A stretch of 64,000 bases of DNA from Thermoflexia bacterium (GTDB lineage: Bacteria > Chloroflexota > Anaerolineae > B4-G1 > DUEL01). A program made the position numbers and the translations under genes. This document shows positions 59,848-64,000 of this stretch, one piece after another (within the stretch, counting starts at the first letter, position 1; each line of letters opens with the position of its first letter). The notes beneath the pieces were generated by a model, which saw only the letters and a list, made by a program, of their open reading frames with translations, did not search any database and had not been told where the DNA came from. Location of the stretch: contig DUEL01000055.1 in NCBI GenBank assembly GCA_011192125.1, forward strand, positions 5,770 through 69,769, in the 5' to 3' direction.

Positions 59848-59940
59848 CTGCCCCCCGACACGGTTTCGGTGGCCTCGTCGGGGGGAGTAGGGTATAATGG
59901 AGGCAGATTCGGCGGTCTGGGAGGGATGAGGAGGGATGTG

Positions 59941-61266
59941 ATGAGAACCCGAGCGGTCGTCCTGTTGGTCGGCGTCTGGTTACTCGGGCTCCTGTCTCCG
60001 AGCGGAGTGGGAGCCCAGGGGGAGCGGACCGTTTTCGTCCTCACTGTGGACGATGCGATTACCACCACGATAGCGGACTATTTCGAGAGAGGGATCGATC
60101 TGGCCGAGGAGGCCGGGGCTGAGGCGGTGGTCATTCGGTTGAACACCCCCGGTGGGGATTTGGCCTCCACGGTTCGTATTATGGAGACGCTAGAGAACGC
60201 CCAGGTCCCGGTGATCGTCTACGTCTGGCCCCGGGGCGGGATGGCGGCCTCGGCAGGTACCCTGATCCTGTTGGCGGCTCACGGCGCGGCGATGGCCCCC
60301 CGTACCACCATCGGCGCCGCGCATCCGGTCACGTTGCCAGGAGGCGAAGAGGGGGTCCCGGAGGATCTAATCGAGAAGATGACCAACGTGATGGCGGAGC
60401 ACGCTGCGCTCTTCGCCGAGCGGCGAGGTGAGGAAGCGGCGACGTGGGCGGAGAAGGCGATCCGGGAGAGCGCGACCGCCAGCCCGGAGGAGGCGCTGGA
60501 ACTGGGGGTGATCGACCTGATCGCGGCGGATATGGACGACCTCCTTGAGGGGTTCGACGGTCGGCAGGTGAGGTTGGGGGACGGCCGAGAGGTCGTGCTG
60601 CGGACCGCGGGGGCGGCGACCAGGGAGGTGCCGATGTCCCTCATCGAGCAGCTGCTCTCCGTGTTGATTAACCCAAACATCGCGCTGCTTCTTCTGGCCA
60701 TCGGGGTGCAGGCCATCCTGATCGAACTCTCCTCGCCGGGCGGGTGGGTCGCTGGGTTCGTCGGCGTGCTGTGTCTCGCCTTGGCCGCCTACTCGATGGG
60801 CGTGCTTCCGGTTAACTGGCTGGGTCTGCTGCTGATCGTTGTGGCCTTCGTCCTGTTCGCGCTGGACATCAAAGCGCCGACCCACGGGGCGCTGACGGCG
60901 GCGGGGGTGGGCACGTTCATCGCTGGCGCGCTGATCCTCTTCAACGCGCCCGTGGGCTCCCCGTATGGCCGAGTCTCCGTCCCCCTCGTGGTGGCGGTGG
61001 CGGTGATGACGGCGCTCTTCTTCGCCTTCGTCGTCGCCAAGGCGATAGGGGCACAGAAGCCCCGTCCGGTCACTGGGAAGGAGGGGCTGATCGGCCGCCA
61101 GGGTGTGGTGAAGGCGCGGCTCGATCCCCGGGGCATCGTTCTGGTCGCTGGGGAGCGGTGGCAGGCCGAGTCCTTAGAGGGCCCGATCGAGGAGGGAGAG
61201 ACGGTCGAGGTGGTGGAGGTGGTCGGCTTCCGCCTCCGTGTGCGGAAGGTCGCGTCCGATGCATAA
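59941..61266 (+). CDS. nfeD: NfeD-like membrane-bound ClpP-class serine protease
   Basis: Signal peptide; ClpP-like domain (GGMAASAGTLILLAAHGAAMAP), TM block, C-terminal OB-fold (RGIVLVAGERWQAES). Confidence 0.75.
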   Translation: MRTRAVVLLVGVWLLGLLSPSGVGAQGERTVFVLTVDDAITTTIADYFERGIDLAEEAGAEAVVIRLNTPGGDLASTVRIMETLENAQVPVIVYVWPRGGMAASAGTLILLAAHGAAMAPRTTIGAAHPVTLPGGEEGVPEDLIEKMTNVMAEHAALFAERRGEEAATWAEKAIRESATASPEEALELGVIDLIAADMDDLLEGFDGRQVRLGDGREVVLRTAGAATREVPMSLIEQLLSVLINPNIALLLLAIGVQAILIELSSPGGWVAGFVGVLCLALAAYSMGVLPVNWLGLLLIVVAFVLFALDIKAPTHGALTAAGVGTFIAGALILFNAPVGSPYGRVSVPLVVAVAVMTALFFAFVVAKAIGAQKPRPVTGKEGLIGRQGVVKARLDPRGIVLVAGERWQAESLEGPIEEGETVEVVEVVGFRLRVRKVASDA

Positions 61267-61276
61267 CCGTTCGCTT

Positions 61277-61305
61277 TTGACAGAGGGTGACCCGTGTGCT
61301 ACAAT
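61277..61305 (+). promoter_or_regulatory. Near-consensus sigma70 promoter (TTGACA-17-TACAAT) upstream of hypA with about 145-nt leader
   Basis: ttgaca gagggtgacccgtgtgc tacaat. Confidence 0.45.
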
Positions 61306-61344
61306 TCCCACCTGACTCGCAGGACTTGCGCAGTTTCGTCGATT

Positions 61345-61432
61345 TTCGCCACAGAGATACAGGGGACGCGGAGTTTCAGAAAACCTCTCGATTCTCCATC
61401 CGTTTCTCCGAGTCCTCTGTGACTCTGTGGTA
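61345..61432 (+). repeat. Dispersed element, copy D, within hypA 5' leader
   Basis: gccacagagatacaggggacgcggag...attctccatccgtttctccgagtcctctgtgactctgtgg. Confidence 0.5.
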
Positions 61433-61451
61433 TTTTGTAGGAAGGAGATCC

Positions 61452-61793
61452 GTGCACGAGTTGCCCGTGACCCAGAGCCTGCTGGAGATCGCCCTGCGCC
61501 ACGCCGAGGCAGCGGGGGCGAAACGGATTGTTCAACTCAACCTGGTCATCGGGCAGTTCTCCTCGATCGTGGACGATTCGGTGCAGTTCTACTGGGACAT
61601 CATCAGCCGGGGGACCATCGCCGAGGGGGCCCGCCTCCATTTCGAGCGCACCCCGGGACAACTCCGTTGCGTCGCCTGCGGGGAGGTGTTCTCCATCGAC
61701 GGAAAGGATTATGTCTGCCCGATGTGCGAGAGCACCCAGGTGGTGGTCGTGAGCGGCGATGACTTCCGGCTGGAGAGTATCGAGGTGGAGTGA
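61452..61793 (+). CDS. hypA: Hydrogenase nickel-incorporation/maturation factor HypA (GTG start)
   Basis: VHELPVTQSLLEIAL N-terminus; CVACG...CPMCES zinc finger; GGAAGGAG RBS. Confidence 0.8.
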   Translation: MHELPVTQSLLEIALRHAEAAGAKRIVQLNLVIGQFSSIVDDSVQFYWDIISRGTIAEGARLHFERTPGQLRCVACGEVFSIDGKDYVCPMCESTQVVVVSGDDFRLESIEVE

Positions 61794-62461
61794 TGACGAG
61801 ACGTGTCTCCGTGGTGGAAAACATCCTCAGCGCCAACGACCGACTAGCGGCCGACAACCGCGCCCGGCTGGACGAAGCGAGGGTCTTCGCCATCAACCTG
61901 ATGGCTTCACCGGGAGCAGGGAAGACCAGCCTGATCACCCGGACCGTGGAGGCGTTGCGGGATCGGTTGCGGATCGGTGTGGTGGACGGCGACCTGGCCT
62001 CCACACTGGACGCCGATCGGGTGGCCGCCCTTGGGATCCCCGCCGTCCAGGTCAACACCGGTGGCAACTGTCATCTGGACGCGGTGATGCTCCAGTCCGC
62101 GCTTCCCCAACTGCCGTTGGAGGAACTGGACCTGTTGATCGTGGAGAACGTGGGGAACCTGGTCTGTCCCGCCTCCTTCAAACTGGGCGTTCACAAAGAC
62201 GTGCTGATCGCTTCGGTCCCGGAGGGGGATGACAAGCCCTACAAGTATCCCCCGATGTATCGGGGGGTGGATGCGCTGGTGCTGAACAAAATCGACGTGC
62301 TGGGTGCTTTCGACTTCGATGTAGATTACTTCCGTCGCGGTGTTGAGGTCCTGAACCCCGGGCTGGCCTTCTTTCCCCTTTCCTGCAAGACGGGTGAGGG
62401 ACTGTCGGCGTGGCTGGACTGGGTGGAGGGGCAGGTTCGATCGTTTAAGGAGCAAGGGTGA
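61790..62461 (+). CDS. hypB: Hydrogenase maturation GTPase HypB
   Basis: SPGAGKTSL P-loop; ENVGNLVCP; NKIDV G4 motif. Confidence 0.85.
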   Translation: MMTRRVSVVENILSANDRLAADNRARLDEARVFAINLMASPGAGKTSLITRTVEALRDRLRIGVVDGDLASTLDADRVAALGIPAVQVNTGGNCHLDAVMLQSALPQLPLEELDLLIVENVGNLVCPASFKLGVHKDVLIASVPEGDDKPYKYPPMYRGVDALVLNKIDVLGAFDFDVDYFRRGVEVLNPGLAFFPLSCKTGEGLSAWLDWVEGQVRSFKEQG

Positions 62462-62721
62462 TGTGTCTGGGAATCCCTGGCCGGATTGTGGAGATTGACG
62501 ACAATCCGTTGATGCGGATGGGGAAGGTGGACTTTGGGGGGGTGATCCGTGAAGTCTGTCTTGCCTACGTGCCGGAGGCCCAGGTGGGCGACTATGTCAT
62601 CGTCCACGTGGGTTTTGCCATTAGCCGGATCGACGAGGAGGAGGCCCAGGAGACGTTACGTTTGCTGGCAGAGATGGGTCTTTCTGTAAGCGATGAACTG
62701 GAAGGAGGGAAGGAACGATGA
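62458..62721 (+). CDS. hypC: Hydrogenase assembly chaperone HypC/HupF
   Basis: MCLGIPGRIVEI N-terminus typical of HypC. Confidence 0.8.
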   Translation: MMCLGIPGRIVEIDDNPLMRMGKVDFGGVIREVCLAYVPEAQVGDYVIVHVGFAISRIDEEEAQETLRLLAEMGLSVSDELEGGKER

Positions 62722-64000
62722 ACGCGAGAGGTGCAAAGGGAGTGTGGTGGGTCATCCCTCTGGTGATGCTTTTCACCCTCTCCTGCAGTGTGTGTGGAGT
62801 GAATCTGCCCTTTGGCAACGTGGAACCGACCTGGCCTGCGCCCCAGCCGACGACGCCGCCGTTGCCGACCCAACCGCCGTTGCCGACACAGCCGCCACCG
62901 CCCACCCAGCCGCCTCCCTCACCAACCCGGCCCTCTCCCCCGCCGGGAGGCGAGGGGATCCTCTTCCAGGACGATTTCGAGGACCCGAACTCTGGATGGG
63001 ATGTGGGTGACTACGAGGGGGGAGGTGTTGGGTACCGCGACGGCTATTACTACGTTCTGGCCACCAAGCCTGGGTTAACGATATGGGGTGCGGCCTTCCA
63101 GAGTTTCACCGATGTGGTGATCGACGTGGAGGCCACCCAGGCCGTTGCTCCGCCTAACAACAACAACGACTACGGGGTCGTTTGCCGTCTCCAGCCCGAC
63201 GGCAATGGCTACTACTTCGTCATCAGCGGGGATGGGTACTATGCCATCTACCGGGCGGTGGAAGGGGAGTTCGAAGCGCTGGTGGACTTCACTCCGTCCG
63301 ACGTCATCCGGCAGGGGAACGCGACCAACCACATTCGGGCTGTCTGCGAGGGGACCCACCTGGCGCTCATCGTCAACGGGGAGTTGCTGGCGGAGGCGGA
63401 GGACGCGACCTTCTCAGAAGGGGATATCGGTCTCACAGCGACCACGTATGAGGATGAGCCGACGGAGGTCCATTTCGATAACCTGGTTGTGAGGGCACCG
63501 CGGGGCAGGCCCCCGCAGCCTGGCGGCGGAGTCCTCCTGCAGGATGACTTCAGCGACCCCAATTCCGGCTGGGAGGTGGGAGAGTACGATGACGGCCGGG
63601 TGGGCTACGGCGATGGGTATTACTACGTCGTGGCGACGAACGAGGATTACTTGATGTGGGGGGTGGCGTATCAGAACTTTACGGATGTCGTCATCGAAGT
63701 GGACGCTACCCAGGTTACCGCCCCAGCCAACAACAACAACTCCTACGGGGTGATGTGCCGGGTGCAGTCGAATGGGGACGGCTACCTCCTGCGGATCAGC
63801 GGCGATGGGTACTATGCCATCCATCGCGTCCAGAACGACGAGTTCACACCCTTGGTCGACTGGACGATGTCGGACGTCATCCAGCAGGGGAACGCGACCA
63901 ACCACATTCGGGCTGTCTGCGATGGGACCCGCCTCGCGCTCATCGTCAATGGGAAGTTGCTGGCGGAGGCGGAGGATGCCACCTTCGCGGAAGGGGACAT
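62718..64000 (+). CDS. Secreted protein with Pro-rich linker and at least two tandem ~190-aa jelly-roll-like domains (possibly DUF1080/LamG-like); 3'-truncated by window
   Basis: ATGA overlap with hypC and GGAGGG RBS; signal peptide VWWVIPLVMLFTLSC; PTQPP linker; domain repeated at DNA level; ORF absent from the track because no stop occurs in the window. Confidence 0.55.
   Translation, partial: MNARGAKGVWWVIPLVMLFTLSCSVCGVNLPFGNVEPTWPAPQPTTPPLPTQPPLPTQPPPPTQPPPSPTRPSPPPGGEGILFQDDFEDPNSGWDVGDYEGGGVGYRDGYYYVLATKPGLTIWGAAFQSFTDVVIDVEATQAVAPPNNNNDYGVVCRLQPDGNGYYFVISGDGYYAIYRAVEGEFEALVDFTPSDVIRQGNATNHIRAVCEGTHLALIVNGELLAEAEDATFSEGDIGLTATTYEDEPTEVHFDNLVVRAPRGRPPQPGGGVLLQDDFSDPNSGWEVGEYDDGRVGYGDGYYYVVATNEDYLMWGVAYQNFTDVVIEVDATQVTAPANNNNSYGVMCRVQSNGDGYLLRISGDGYYAIHRVQNDEFTPLVDWTMSDVIQQGNATNHIRAVCDGTRLALIVNGKLLAEAEDATFAEGD
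62957..64000 (+). repeat. Direct tandem duplication (~572-bp unit, second copy truncated by window) inside gene 62718..
   Basis: e.g. ggggaacgcgaccaaccacattcgggctgtctgcga near 63315 and again near 63887 with long near-identical flanks. Confidence 0.7.

Overview
This is a high-GC (about 65-70%) bacterial chromosomal segment, probably from a Chloroflexi-like organism, judging by the PT-linker protein, the M42 peptidase trio and the gene content. Most of the window is cell-surface glycan biosynthesis. A first cluster at 35-13.7 kb encodes a Wzy/WaaL-like membrane protein, a sulfatase-like enzyme, a bi-domain oxidoreductase, a GT4, an epimerase, WecB, a WbaP-like initiating transferase and a secreted glycoside hydrolase. 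A second, about 28-kb locus at 22.4-51.9 kb is bracketed by a split ABC-2 exporter, with Wzm at 22.4 kb and Wzt (carrying a C-terminal carbohydrate-binding domain) at 51.9 kb. It contains about 12 glycosyltransferases (GT2, GT4, a GT-C-like membrane protein with a DPM1-like partner, and a 984-aa multi-GT), three SAM methyltransferases, a sulfotransferase, a Glf-like oxidoreductase-GT2 fusion, a flippase-like membrane protein, an FG-GAP repeat protein and a four-repeat secreted protein. Between the two clusters lie a glpA-like glycerol-3-phosphate dehydrogenase operonic with an alkyl-DHAP-synthase-like FAD oxidase (candidate ether-lipid route), a DmpA/S58 peptidase, a Thr/Pro-repeat protein and three tandem M42 aminopeptidases. 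The 3' end carries an M28 peptidase, a methylmalonyl-CoA mutase catalytic subunit, rnc, a MazG-like gene, thrC, ttcA-like, rfbB, nfeD and a hypA-hypB-hypC operon that is translationally coupled to a secreted tandem-domain protein. Non-coding signals include a dispersed imperfect-palindromic element of about 70 nt with four copies, all in the same orientation 5' of + strand genes, three arrays of TGACGT-type heptamer repeats, a perfect 19-bp hairpin, and several sigma70-like promoters. The proposed novel system is an ABC-transporter-dependent glycan pathway whose chain termination may involve a sulfotransferase and a coiled-coil glycosyltransferase that share a C-terminal GRVMRLL motif. I saw no rRNA, tRNA, CRISPR or transposase genes. 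All calls rest on reading the supplied ORF translations and the DNA for motifs; no database search was run.
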